A stretch of DNA of 52,889 bases from Gemmatimonadota bacterium (GCA_039588295.1 JBDHAB010000013.1:1-52889), one strand, 5' to 3'; positions 1 through 8,822 are shown, counted from the first letter of the stretch. The notes: a model not told the origin generated them from the letters alone. Translations and numbers: made by a program.

Positions 1-939
1 GGCGTATCCCAGGCTGAGCGCCGTCGCCCCGTACGCGAACAGCACGTCCCCAGCGAATTCAAGAGGCACGTTTGCACCTCTCTCTCCCCAGATGTCGTAC
101 CCCCACGCGAGCGCGAGAACCCGCTCAATGGTCATGCTCGCCATGCCCAGGCCCAGACCCCAGGTGGCGAAGGACCGGATCATGGGAAGGTGCCGCTCGA
201 CATCGTGGAAGATTCTCCTGCGTCCGACGTACAGGCCAAGCAGAAACATGGCGAAGTATGCCGGCATCCCCTCGGCATCAAGAGGATAGGCACGGGGGTC
301 CGGGGGAATGGCCTCCGAGTTTGCCGCCATGACGTCGGTGATGGAACCAACTGCATGGGGGTGCGTTCGGAGCCGCTCCTCATTACTCCTTTGCGCCTCG
401 GCGAGCTGCTCGGGCGCGGCGACGGCCGTCGGTGGAGCACTGCCAGAGACCAGCGACTTCACGGCTCCCCCCACCGGAAACACCGCCAGGAGCGCAACCG
501 CCAGGCTCAGTAGCAGGCGGGGCGACACGTTTCGGAAGGGCACCAGCAGCAAGCCCAGGATGGCATACGACATGAGGACGTCGCCATTGTAGAACAACGC
601 GTGCCCCACACCGATCAAGAAGAGCAAAGCCAGCCTGCGGAGGTAGGTTGGCCAGAATCGACCGCCGCGCGCTTCAGCCCTGAGTAGCTGGAGTGAGAAT
701 CCGAGACCGAACAGGAAGGAGAAGAGCCGCCACGACTTGGTTTCAAAGAAGAACCGCATCACTGAGAACGCGGTCTGGTCGATCGGGGCGGTCCAGATGA
801 GGCTGGCCGCTCCAAAGTTGTACATGTTGACCAGCAGCACGCCGAAGAGCGCAAACCCCCGGACCATGTCGATGGCCTCAATGCGCCTGCGAGGGTCGGT
901 TGGGCCGGCCCGCTCAAGCCCCGACGCTCCGGTGGTCAG
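1..939 (-). CDS. DUF418 (YeiB-like) membrane protein, 3' end runs off window
   Basis: Manual minus-strand translation gives PTDPRRRIEAIDMVRGFALFGVLLVNMYNFG, the typical DUF418 N-terminal motif, followed by hydrophobic segments. Absent from the ORF track (no stop in window). Probable CTG start at 939, 5 nt after GGGAGG. Confidence 0.85.
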   Translation of the reverse strand, partial: MTTGASGLERAGPTDPRRRIEAIDMVRGFALFGVLLVNMYNFGAASLIWTAPIDQTAFSVMRFFFETKSWRLFSFLFGLGFSLQLLRAEARGGRFWPTYLRRLALLFLIGVGHALFYNGDVLMSYAILGLLLVPFRNVSPRLLLSLAVALLAVFPVGGAVKSLVSGSAPPTAVAAPEQLAEAQRSNEERLRTHPHAVGSITDVMAANSEAIPPDPRAYPLDAEGMPAYFAMFLLGLYVGRRRIFHDVERHLPMIRSFATWGLGLGMASMTIERVLALAWGYDIWGERGANVPLEFAGDVLFAYGATALSLGYA

Positions 940-967
940 AGTCTCCTCCCTGTATAGGGCAGTCGCC

Positions 968-1111
968 GTCTAACGACTCTGCGCATCACCTGCGAGCGCC
1001 TCGCTCGCCAAGCGCGTGTCTCGGTGAACGTACTCGTATCAACGCCAGGCGCACAATCAAACGCCCTTCTCTAGAAAGTACACGCCCGGCAGCAGCAAGC
1101 GCGGGTTACGG
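968..1111 (-). mobile_element. attC-like integron cassette recombination site (imperfect/hybrid)
   Basis: Minus strand: CCGTAAC-CCGCGCTTGCTGCTGCCGGGCG ... CGCTCGCAGGTGATGCGCAGAGTC-GTTAGAC. It starts 6 nt after an upstream TAA and ends in a GTTRRRY core 28 nt before the DUF418 start; the arms are imperfectly complementary with bulged bases. Confidence 0.6.
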
Positions 1112-1117
1112 CTGCTC

Positions 1118-1373
1118 TTATTCGAAATCGCCCACGCGCGCTCTTTTCGTCCCGTCACGCTGCGACCATTCACGCCAATACTGCAGGCGTGACTTGAGGA
1201 ACACACGTCTTTCAAGGGGCATCTGCTCACACCGATCGATAGCGTCCTCGACGCCTGTAGTACAGATCAGGCGGTCAGCCAGCGTGGGACGGAGTGTGAG
1301 AGTGGGCTGGACGTGCAGCGCTTCGTACCTGCCGGCCCCAACAGTAGCGCGAGACTGCCATTGTCCAGCTTCA
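1118..1373 (-). pseudogene. Probable 5'-truncated cassette ORF remnant
   Basis: 3' part of ORF 1118..1507 reads like protein (EDAIDRCEQMPLERRVFLKSRLQYWREW) and stops just before the attC-like site. Its 5' part runs through a non-coding hairpin repeat. Confidence 0.35.
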
Positions 1374-1434
1374 GCCCCGAGCGTCACGCGACGTTCGGGG
1401 CTTTCGGTTGGACTCCGTTGAGGGAGTGCCTTAG
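1374..1434 (+). repeat. Hairpin-containing direct repeat, copy 1
   Basis: GCCCCGAGCGTC-ACGC-GACGTTCGGGGC-TTTCGGTTGG..AGGGAGTGCCTTAG, closely similar to 2691..2745. Confidence 0.75.
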
Positions 1435-1609
1435 TGGCCCGCAAGGAACCAACAATCCCTTGGAGGCTTGAGCTGACGGGCACCTCAGCACCGCCACGAA
1501 CCCACACGTCTCACAGCGCCACGCACCACGTCATATCCGAGACCTCCTTTGCTGTTTCTCGCGCGACACGGCTTGTAGGTTGTGCGTGTCCTTCTCCTCG
1601 GAGGCAGCC

Positions 1610-2650
1610 GTGCGTGCCGTCCTGCTTCTCGGCGTGCTCGCTCTCACATCGCTCCCTGCGACGCCGGTCCTGGCGCAGGACGAGGTCAAGATCAACAGCA
1701 CGTGGCTGGGTGATCGTGTGCTGCTGACCTGGGCTTGCGATCACTTCCAAGGAACCAACATGGCGGTGGTCGTCACCGACCAGGGGCTGGTGATCATCGA
1801 CACCGGACTCAGCCCGAGTACGGTCAGACGCCAGCGGACCTTGGTTGAGCGGGAGCTGGGTCGCCACGATTTTCGCTACCTCATCAACACCCATATGCAC
1901 AACGATCACGCTTTCGCCAACGAGGTGTTTCCCGACGCCACCGTCGTCGGCCACGGAAACGGTGTGGCCGCGCTGGAGCGCGAAGTCGATCAGATCCCCG
2001 AGCTGCTCGAGCGCCTACGCCGGAGCCGCACGTCGTACGGTGAATGGGCGGCCGCAACGTCACCCGACAGCACCGAAGGCATACGCGCGCGTGAGGGTGT
2101 GGCGGCATTCGGTGTGGGGATCGCCGACTTGGAGACAGGCATCGAACCGCGTTATCCGCTTGTGACGTTCGACCATCATCACACGCTGCGCCTCGGTGAC
2201 GTGCGACTCGAGCTGTTCGACTTCACCGGCCTCCACTCCGACTCCGACCTGTTGATCCTGGTGCCCGGGGAGCGGATACTGTTCACCGGTGACGTGTTCT
2301 GGGGAGGACAGCTGCCGTTGCTGCGACAAGAGACGGCCGACGCATTCCCTCGGCTCTTGGACACCTGGAAGACGATCCTCGAGGCCGCACCCGACCTCGA
2401 GACCATGGTGCCGGGCCATTCCGACGTACCACTCACCGTCGATCAGTTTCGGGGGATGTACCAGTATCTGTCGCGACTCTGGATCGATGTGCAGGACGCT
2501 CGCGACGCTGGCACGTCGCTCCGCAGGTTCCTGATGCAGAACGTCTTTGCCGAGCGGTACCCCGAAGTCGCCGACTACACCTACATCCGCCGCGAGTATA
2601 ATCTGCACCAGCACAACATCTATGTTCTGTGGCAGTTAGCGGGTCGCTGA
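1610..2650 (+). CDS. Secreted metallo-beta-lactamase-fold hydrolase (cyclase-like)
   Basis: THMHNDH, HSDSD, FTGD and PGH motifs; signal peptide ending VLA-Q; GTG at 1610 after GGAGG. Confidence 0.85.
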   Translation: MRAVLLLGVLALTSLPATPVLAQDEVKINSTWLGDRVLLTWACDHFQGTNMAVVVTDQGLVIIDTGLSPSTVRRQRTLVERELGRHDFRYLINTHMHNDHAFANEVFPDATVVGHGNGVAALEREVDQIPELLERLRRSRTSYGEWAAATSPDSTEGIRAREGVAAFGVGIADLETGIEPRYPLVTFDHHHTLRLGDVRLELFDFTGLHSDSDLLILVPGERILFTGDVFWGGQLPLLRQETADAFPRLLDTWKTILEAAPDLETMVPGHSDVPLTVDQFRGMYQYLSRLWIDVQDARDAGTSLRRFLMQNVFAERYPEVADYTYIRREYNLHQHNIYVLWQLAGR

Positions 2651-2690
2651 GGCGGTTCGGCTCAACTGCGCGCAGATCGCTCTTACCCTC

Positions 2691-2745
2691 GCCCCGAGCG
2701 TCACACGGCGTTCGGGGCTGTTGGTTGGGCCTTAGGGAGTCCTAG
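2691..2745 (+). repeat. Hairpin-containing direct repeat, copy 2
   Basis: GCCCCGAGCGTC-ACAC-GGCGTTCGGGGC-TGTTGGTTGG..AGGGAGTCCTAG. Confidence 0.75.
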
Positions 2746-3035
2746 CACGCCAGTATTTTCGATGGGAGTCACATACCCCGACGATGGCACGAGGGGGGCA
2801 TCGCGCTTTCGCGTACCAGCAGTAGTAGCAGCCGGGCCGAGAGCTCCTGCACGCAGTCATCGGCGGCACAGCTCCTCGACGTGACGGCCGTCAACGCACC
2901 AGCGGCGGTCTGTCTTGCCGCGGATCCTCTTCGAACGGCCGCGCAGCTGACCGCTCACGACGATCAGCATCACGCGGGCCGGTGGCACGCGAAACGGAGG
3001 TGACGGTCGAGCACCTCCGCGCCTATCTTTCGCGG

Positions 3036-4637
3036 ATGCCTGACCTCCCCACAGCGTTCACCCACGCTGTCCGTGACCGCTATGTGGTCGAGCGAGAAAT
3101 CGGTGCGGGTGGCATGGCTACCGTACACCTCGCCCGAGATGTGCGGCACAACCGCTACGTCGCCATCAAGGTGCTCAAGCCGGAACTCGCCGCGTCGTTG
3201 GGCGCGGAACGGTTCCTCAAGGAAATCGAGATCGCCGCTCGCCTGACGCACCCACACGTCATCCCGCTCCATGATTCGGGGCAGGCTGCCGGGTTCCTGT
3301 ACTACGTCATGCCGTTCATCGATGGCGAATCGCTGCGAACGCGACTCCGTCGGGAGACACGCCTCGATACGGCGGCGGCCCTTGGCATCGTGGCGGACGT
3401 CGGCGACGCGCTGAGCTACGCCCATCGGCAAGGCATCCTGCACCGCGACATCAAGCCGGAGAACATCTTGTTCTCCGAAGGCCATCCGATGGTCGCGGAC
3501 TTCGGCATCGCGCGGGCCGTGAGCACAGCCGGCGGTGCAAACATCACTCGGACCGGATTGGCCCTCGGCACCCCAGGATACATGAGCCCCGAACAGGCGG
3601 CGGGCGCGCGTGATCTCGACGCCCGGACCGACGTGTACAGCTTGGGCTGCGTCCTGTACGAGATGCTGATCGGTGAGCCTCCGGGCATGTGGCAGACGGA
3701 TGAATCGCTCAAGCTTGGCACGTTCGCCGACCTGCCGGAACGGCACCGCGGGCGCATCCGCGAACTCGGCAGGCCCATCGAACGAGCCCTCGTGCGCGCC
3801 CTCGCGATGCGCGCGCGCGATCGATTCGAAACCGTGGACGCGTTCCTACTCGCCCTGCGCGCCGAGGGGAGCGCGGTGCGGCGCTACAGTGACAGCGAAG
3901 TGGAGGAGATCGTGCGGCAAGCGGCCGATGAGCAAGCGGCGCACCCGACCGAACAGGGTATGTCGCTTCGGACCGTTCGCCAGATCGCGGGTGAGGTCGG
4001 CATCTCGGCAGATCGCGTTGAGCGAGCGGCGCGCAAACTGAAGTCCCGCGAACCGGCCCAGCCCCCCGCCGAATCCGGTGCGGCCGCCGTTTGGCTCGGC
4101 AGTCCGACGCAGATCGCGTTGGAGCGCGTCGTGGACGGCGAAGTGACCGAGACCGCGTACGAGGAGATCGTTGAAGAGGTACAGGCGACGATCTCGAACG
4201 TGGGACACGCAGCCAGGTTCGGTCGGTCGCTCACGTGGAGTACGGCGCATTCCGGTTCAGGGGCCGGCCGGGCGGTGCAGGTGCGCGTCATCTCACGTGG
4301 CGGGCAGATGCGCATCCACGTCCAGGAACGGCTCGGCGAACTGGCGGGCAGCCTCTTCGGCGGGATCATGGGTGGTGGTGGTGGTGGCGGGCTCGGCATG
4401 ATCCTGGGCATCGGCCTTGGGGCTCTGGGCGGCGGCCCAGAGGTGGGCCTACTCGCCGCCGGTTGGGTGGGCGGGATGTATGCGCTTGCGCGGACGATCT
4501 ATCGGGCGGTGTCGCGCAAGAGGCGCGCCGAGTTGCAGGGGCTGAGCGATCGCCTTGCGGCGATCGCCGCCGCGTCCGCTCGAGACCGCCTCGATGGCGG
4601 CCGGCCGTGGAGTCCTTCGTTGGACGGGCAGATCTAG
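3036..4637 (+). CDS. Hanks-type Ser/Thr protein kinase with C-terminal membrane domain
   Basis: [26 protein letters not shown] and [10 protein letters not shown] motifs; Gly-rich hydrophobic C-terminus; ATG 3036 lies 6 nt after TATCTT. Confidence 0.92.
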   Translation: MPDLPTAFTHAVRDRYVVEREIGAGGMATVHLARDVRHNRYVAIKVLKPELAASLGAERFLKEIEIAARLTHPHVIPLHDSGQAAGFLYYVMPFIDGESLRTRLRRETRLDTAAALGIVADVGDALSYAHRQGILHRDIKPENILFSEGHPMVADFGIARAVSTAGGANITRTGLALGTPGYMSPEQAAGARDLDARTDVYSLGCVLYEMLIGEPPGMWQTDESLKLGTFADLPERHRGRIRELGRPIERALVRALAMRARDRFETVDAFLLALRAEGSAVRRYSDSEVEEIVRQAADEQAAHPTEQGMSLRTVRQIAGEVGISADRVERAARKLKSREPAQPPAESGAAAVWLGSPTQIALERVVDGEVTETAYEEIVEEVQATISNVGHAARFGRSLTWSTAHSGSGAGRAVQVRVISRGGQMRIHVQERLGELAGSLFGGIMGGGGGGGLGMILGIGLGALGGGPEVGLLAAGWVGGMYALARTIYRAVSRKRRAELQGLSDRLAAIAAASARDRLDGGRPWSPSLDGQI

Positions 4638-4944
4638 AGGGCACGGGTGGGTCTTGACACCTTCTTTGGCTGAGTCCACCGTTAGCGAAGAAGCATAGCC
4701 TGACGTGGTGGGCGCTCTATCGGTCGCCGGACTATGTCTCGGAAACAGCACAACCGAGTACGAAGGCTGGATGAAGGCGACCGCCGCTTTCGTTGCTTGG
4801 CCCATCCACTGCATCGTTGCATCCGCTCGACAATACCTCCGTCGAGCTTCATAGCCGGTTCGCGCGCGGCATGCGCTCATGAGTACGGTGATGGGTGAAG
4901 GAGGAGGAGCGCCAACCGACCCAGCCATCGAGAAGGACGTAACC

Positions 4945-7224
4945 ATGAGACCACCTTACGCTGGCGTTTCCCGCCTTGCGATCTCGCTTGCACTATTCAC
5001 CGTCCTCACGGCCTGTCAGGAAGATGGCGGCTTCGCGCCCGACGATGACCCGGCACCTTTGCCCGCGCGCCAGGTCATCTCGTGTGTTGCTGACATTCTG
5101 GCGAATCAACTGAGCTGTCGGACGTCGGCCCCCTCTGCGAGCGAGGGGCTGTCGTTCCTCATCGTGGGCGGTCAGCGGCACTACGTGACGCTGTCGTCAC
5201 GGAATGTGAGTTACAGCTCCGGCACCGGGATCTTTCAGGCGGACGTCCGCGTGCAGAGCCGCATGGTTCAGCCGTTGGGGACGCCCGACGGAACCACAGT
5301 AACGGGTATTCGGCCCTTTTTCCATGTTCTCCCGGTGGCCACCAGCGGGACGGGGACGATAACTGTGGCGAATGCGGCGGGGACGGGGACCTTCACGGGG
5401 ACCGCCCAACCATACTTCGAATACTCGGAGATTCTCACCCGGTACGGCGTGTCCGCGGAGCAAACGTGGCAGTGGAACGTCCCACCCACGGTGAACACGT
5501 TCATGTTCGAGATGTTGGTGGACGCCGATATCCCTGCTGAGGGCGGCGTGTTGCGCTGGCGTGGCCGGACCGATCACTTCCCCGTTGCCATGTGGGGGGC
5601 CGGTGGTGAGTTGTTCGCCGTGGGCCAGGATGGGATCGTGCGCCACGACGGCGAGGACTGGTCGGTGCAGCGGTCGCCATCGACGGGGGACGCATACATG
5701 GCCGTGGGCGGTACGTCCGTCACGGACGTGTTTGCGGTCGGCTTCTCTGGTGTGATCGCGCATCATGACGGCGTCACGTGGACGTCGCAGTCCAGCGGCA
5801 CGGTGGAAGACCTGCTCGGCGTCTGGGCCAACTCTCCAACCGATGTCTTCGCCGTGGGAACTGCTGGGACGATCCTGCATTACGACGGCGCCGTCTGGTC
5901 GCCCCAGACCAGTGGGACGACGCAGGCTCTTTCCGGAGTGTGGGGGGCCTCGGGCAGTGACGTGTTCGCTGTGGGGGCCGGGGGGACCATCCTGCACTAC
6001 GACGGCAGCACGTGGAGCGCGATGACGAGTCCCACAGTGCAAGCGCTTGCGGCGGTTTGGGGGAGTTCCGGTGCCAACGTGTTTGCCGCCGGAACCAGCG
6101 GGACCCTCCTGTACTACAATGGAACGAGCTGGTCGTCCCAAACGAGCGGCACCGCGCATGACCTGTTATCGGTCTGGGGAACCTCGTCGACCGATGTCTT
6201 CGCCGTCGGGGTCGCGGGGACGCTTTTGCACTTCGACGGCAGCACGTGGAGTTCGCAGTCCAGTCCGACCTTCTACGACCTATTGGCGGTGTGGGGCCAT
6301 GCCTCCGACGATGTCTTCGCCATGTCGCGGGACTTCGCGGTGATTCGGTACGACGGCTTCGATTGGTACTACGAGACCCCCCCGGCATTGGGGGATCTGG
6401 GTGGCATCTGGGCAGGCTCGCTCAGCGCAGTCGTGTTGGTGGAGAACGCGGGCGCCATCGCCATGTTCGACGGCGATGAATGGACCGCGATCGGGGGAGG
6501 GCAGGGCACGTTCTTTTTGTCAGACGTCTGGGGGGCCGCCGCCAACGACGTGTTCGCGGTGGGCAGGACGAATGGTGGGGAGGGCTTCCTGAGGCATTTC
6601 GACGGGGCCAGCTGGACCGATCTCACGCTCAGCGGCATCTCGGGGCTCCAGGACGTGTGGGGGTTCTCGGGAAGTGATGTGTTCGCAGTCGGGGTCGGCG
6701 GGACGATCGTGCACTTCGACGGGTCCACGTGGTCGCCGCAGACCAGCGGGGTCAGCTGGAGACTCAACGGAGTGTGGGGCAGCTCCTCGACCGACGTGTT
6801 CGCCGTCGGGGACGACGGCGTGCTCCACTACAACGGGACCAACTGGAGTTCCCAGACGCTTCCCACTACGGCGGCGAGCACACAACTCCACGCGGTGTGG
6901 GGCTCCTCGTCGAGCGACGTGTTCGCCGTTGGGTTCAGCGGCGAGATCTATCACTACAACGGAACGTTATGGTCGGTGATGGAGAGCGCCTCGATCACGA
7001 CCGAGATCTTCTGGGACGTCTGGGGGACGTCGTCCACCGACGTGTTCGTGGTGGGAGATTACGGCTTGATTTTCCACTATAACGGCACTGGCTGGACGCA
7101 GCAGCTGACTGGGCTGGAGGAGCCATCCCTAACAAACTCGCACTTCTACGGGATTGGGGGCCTCGCGCCCGATGTCGTGGCCGTCGTGGGGGCCGGGGGA
7201 ATGCTGCTGCAGGGGTCGAGATAG
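4945..7224 (+). CDS. Lipoprotein with 14 ~39-aa beta-propeller repeats
   Basis: Lipobox LTAC; repeats of the form VWG-S-SDVFAVG--G-ILHYDG-TW; ATG 4945 after AAGGA. Confidence 0.85.
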   Translation: MRPPYAGVSRLAISLALFTVLTACQEDGGFAPDDDPAPLPARQVISCVADILANQLSCRTSAPSASEGLSFLIVGGQRHYVTLSSRNVSYSSGTGIFQADVRVQSRMVQPLGTPDGTTVTGIRPFFHVLPVATSGTGTITVANAAGTGTFTGTAQPYFEYSEILTRYGVSAEQTWQWNVPPTVNTFMFEMLVDADIPAEGGVLRWRGRTDHFPVAMWGAGGELFAVGQDGIVRHDGEDWSVQRSPSTGDAYMAVGGTSVTDVFAVGFSGVIAHHDGVTWTSQSSGTVEDLLGVWANSPTDVFAVGTAGTILHYDGAVWSPQTSGTTQALSGVWGASGSDVFAVGAGGTILHYDGSTWSAMTSPTVQALAAVWGSSGANVFAAGTSGTLLYYNGTSWSSQTSGTAHDLLSVWGTSSTDVFAVGVAGTLLHFDGSTWSSQSSPTFYDLLAVWGHASDDVFAMSRDFAVIRYDGFDWYYETPPALGDLGGIWAGSLSAVVLVENAGAIAMFDGDEWTAIGGGQGTFFLSDVWGAAANDVFAVGRTNGGEGFLRHFDGASWTDLTLSGISGLQDVWGFSGSDVFAVGVGGTIVHFDGSTWSPQTSGVSWRLNGVWGSSSTDVFAVGDDGVLHYNGTNWSSQTLPTTAASTQLHAVWGSSSSDVFAVGFSGEIYHYNGTLWSVMESASITTEIFWDVWGTSSTDVFVVGDYGLIFHYNGTGWTQQLTGLEEPSLTNSHFYGIGGLAPDVVAVVGAGGMLLQGSR

Positions 7225-7574
7225 ACGGAAGAGGGTAAGAAACGCCTCGAGGGGCTCCGCGCGTTCTCATTGACGAGGACGGGCGGCTCAGGAGATCACG
7301 AAGGGCACCAAGGTGGGGAGTCATCGGTCCGACCGGGTGCATAGCGAAACGAGCGGGCGGCGGCGGGCGCAAGAAGTAACGAAAGGTGAGGCCAGCTTTG
7401 GCACCCGCCACTTTTCGGCATATGACACCTTCTCGAACTTTCCCAACACCATTGTAGCTGCCCCACGTTCCGCACATGATGGGACAGTTCGGCGTGCCGA
7501 CCTCCTCCATTCTCCACCACTGCCACCACTCGTCCCCGTCCGTGCCCGTGACGCCCTGCGTTACGCCCGCCGGC

Positions 7575-8030
7575 TCACGGACGAATGAACACGTGGGTCC
7601 AGTATCGGCTGTCCAACCCGACGCCATGCTCGGTGAGATCGCAGTTCTCGATGTTCGCCCGGTGCCCGGAGCTGGTGAGCCAGGAGTCGAGCACCACGTC
7701 GGCAGTGGGTTGGCCAAATGCGATGTTCTCCGCGGCGGCGGTAAACGCGATACTTGCATCACGAAGACGGTCGAACGGGGAGTCCCCATCCGGATTCGTG
7801 TGATCGAAGAAACTTCGGGCCACCATGTCTTCGCTGTGAGCCTGCGCGACGACCGCGACCCGAGTGTTCCAGTCGAGTCCCTGGCACCCGACCGACTGCC
7901 GATGGTCGTTCATCAACTGAACGAACCGTTCCACCTCGGCGGCGACTTCGGGTCCGGGACCGAGACCGTCACCGAGTGCACAGGAACCGGCCAGAAGAAG
8001 CGGGATCAACCTCGTTGCGAGTCTTGGCAT
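7575..8030 (-). CDS. CAP/SCP-domain protein, probable lipoprotein
   Basis: AQAHSEDM..FFDH, AENIA, WLTSSGHRANI and YWT motifs; N-terminus LLLAGSC. Confidence 0.9.
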   Translation of the reverse strand: MPRLATRLIPLLLAGSCALGDGLGPGPEVAAEVERFVQLMNDHRQSVGCQGLDWNTRVAVVAQAHSEDMVARSFFDHTNPDGDSPFDRLRDASIAFTAAAENIAFGQPTADVVLDSWLTSSGHRANIENCDLTEHGVGLDSRYWTHVFIRP

Positions 8031-8160
8031 TCCGGACTCCTGCAGCAAGCTGTCGTCGGACTCGGCACCTGTGTACGGAACTTGAAATTAGGTGTCGCAC
8101 GGGTCGCCATTCGGTGACTGGTCTCACACTCGCCGCCCGAGCGACCTCGACACCAATCGC

Positions 8161-8190
8161 AAAGAGGGCCACGATGACTCGCGGCCCTCT
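8161..8190 (-). terminator. Intrinsic terminator candidate of the 8241..8750 gene
   Basis: Minus strand AGAGGGCCGCGA-GTCA-TCGTGGCCCTCT followed by a short T run. Confidence 0.5.
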
Positions 8191-8240
8191 CGCGGACTTC
8201 GTCGGCGGCGCAGCGTCAACCCTTCAGCTGCGTACCGTCC

Positions 8241-8750
8241 CTACTTGCTGGATCCTGCTTTGAGCGAATCGTTTAACGCTTCAAATCCTTCCTGCATGCC
8301 TTCGGCCATGCCCTGCATGGCGCTACCCATGGCTTCGCCCATCGCCTGCGCCATGGCTCCCACGGATGCACCGAGCATACTCCCCATCATGTTGCCCATG
8401 GTGCGATCGAGATCGACCTTCCACTCGCCATCCTCGCGGATCAACGTCGTCTGAAACGAGACATCCATCGGAGTCTCGTCGCCAACGTTGGTCAGTGTGG
8501 TAGGTACGGTGGCCTCGTCACCGTCCACCTCCGCGTCACCGAGAATGATATCTCCGACCGGATCGTCGTCCTCGGACTGGTTGATCCGGGCCGAGCTGGT
8601 GTTGCTGACGTAGGACATCGCCAGCTCGGTATCGCCCGTCTTGCTTGCCTCCCAGAACGCCTGAGCGACCTCCTTGGCCTCGTCGGGATTGGCGCCGCAG
8701 CCCAGGAGCAGCGCGCAGGCAAACAGGGGGAGGACTCTGTGTGTCTTCAT
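8241..8750 (-). CDS. Hypothetical lipoprotein (DUF4878/NTF2-like)
   Basis: Lipobox LLGC; LIREDGEWKV motif; GGGAG SD. Confidence 0.8.
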   Translation of the reverse strand: MKTHRVLPLFACALLLGCGANPDEAKEVAQAFWEASKTGDTELAMSYVSNTSSARINQSEDDDPVGDIILGDAEVDGDEATVPTTLTNVGDETPMDVSFQTTLIREDGEWKVDLDRTMGNMMGSMLGASVGAMAQAMGEAMGSAMQGMAEGMQEGFEALNDSLKAGSSK

Positions 8751-8822
8751 GATCTAACTCCCAAACGGAACGTTGCGAACGCCGGTGACCTACCGGTGAG
8801 CAGCGGCGGCCGAACCGCGCCC

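Noticed and set aside
4371..4391. (GGT)n tract as a phase-variable repeat
   Set aside because: Short in-frame poly-Gly in a membrane segment; a length change would not shift the frame.
4638..4944. Possible small ORF or IS end between the kinase and propeller genes
   Set aside because: Reading frames are interrupted or featureless, and no terminal inverted repeats or transposase were found.
5580..7200. Periodic ~117-bp nucleotide repeats resembling an array
   Set aside because: They are degenerate in-frame protein repeats of the propeller gene, not CRISPR repeats with spacers. No CRISPR array or cas gene was seen in the window.
7310..7431. Resemblance to the yybP-ykoY riboswitch (AAGG..GGAGT..ACCTT)
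   Set aside because: Core consensus is incomplete and there is no downstream same-strand gene; kept only as an unclassified ncRNA candidate.
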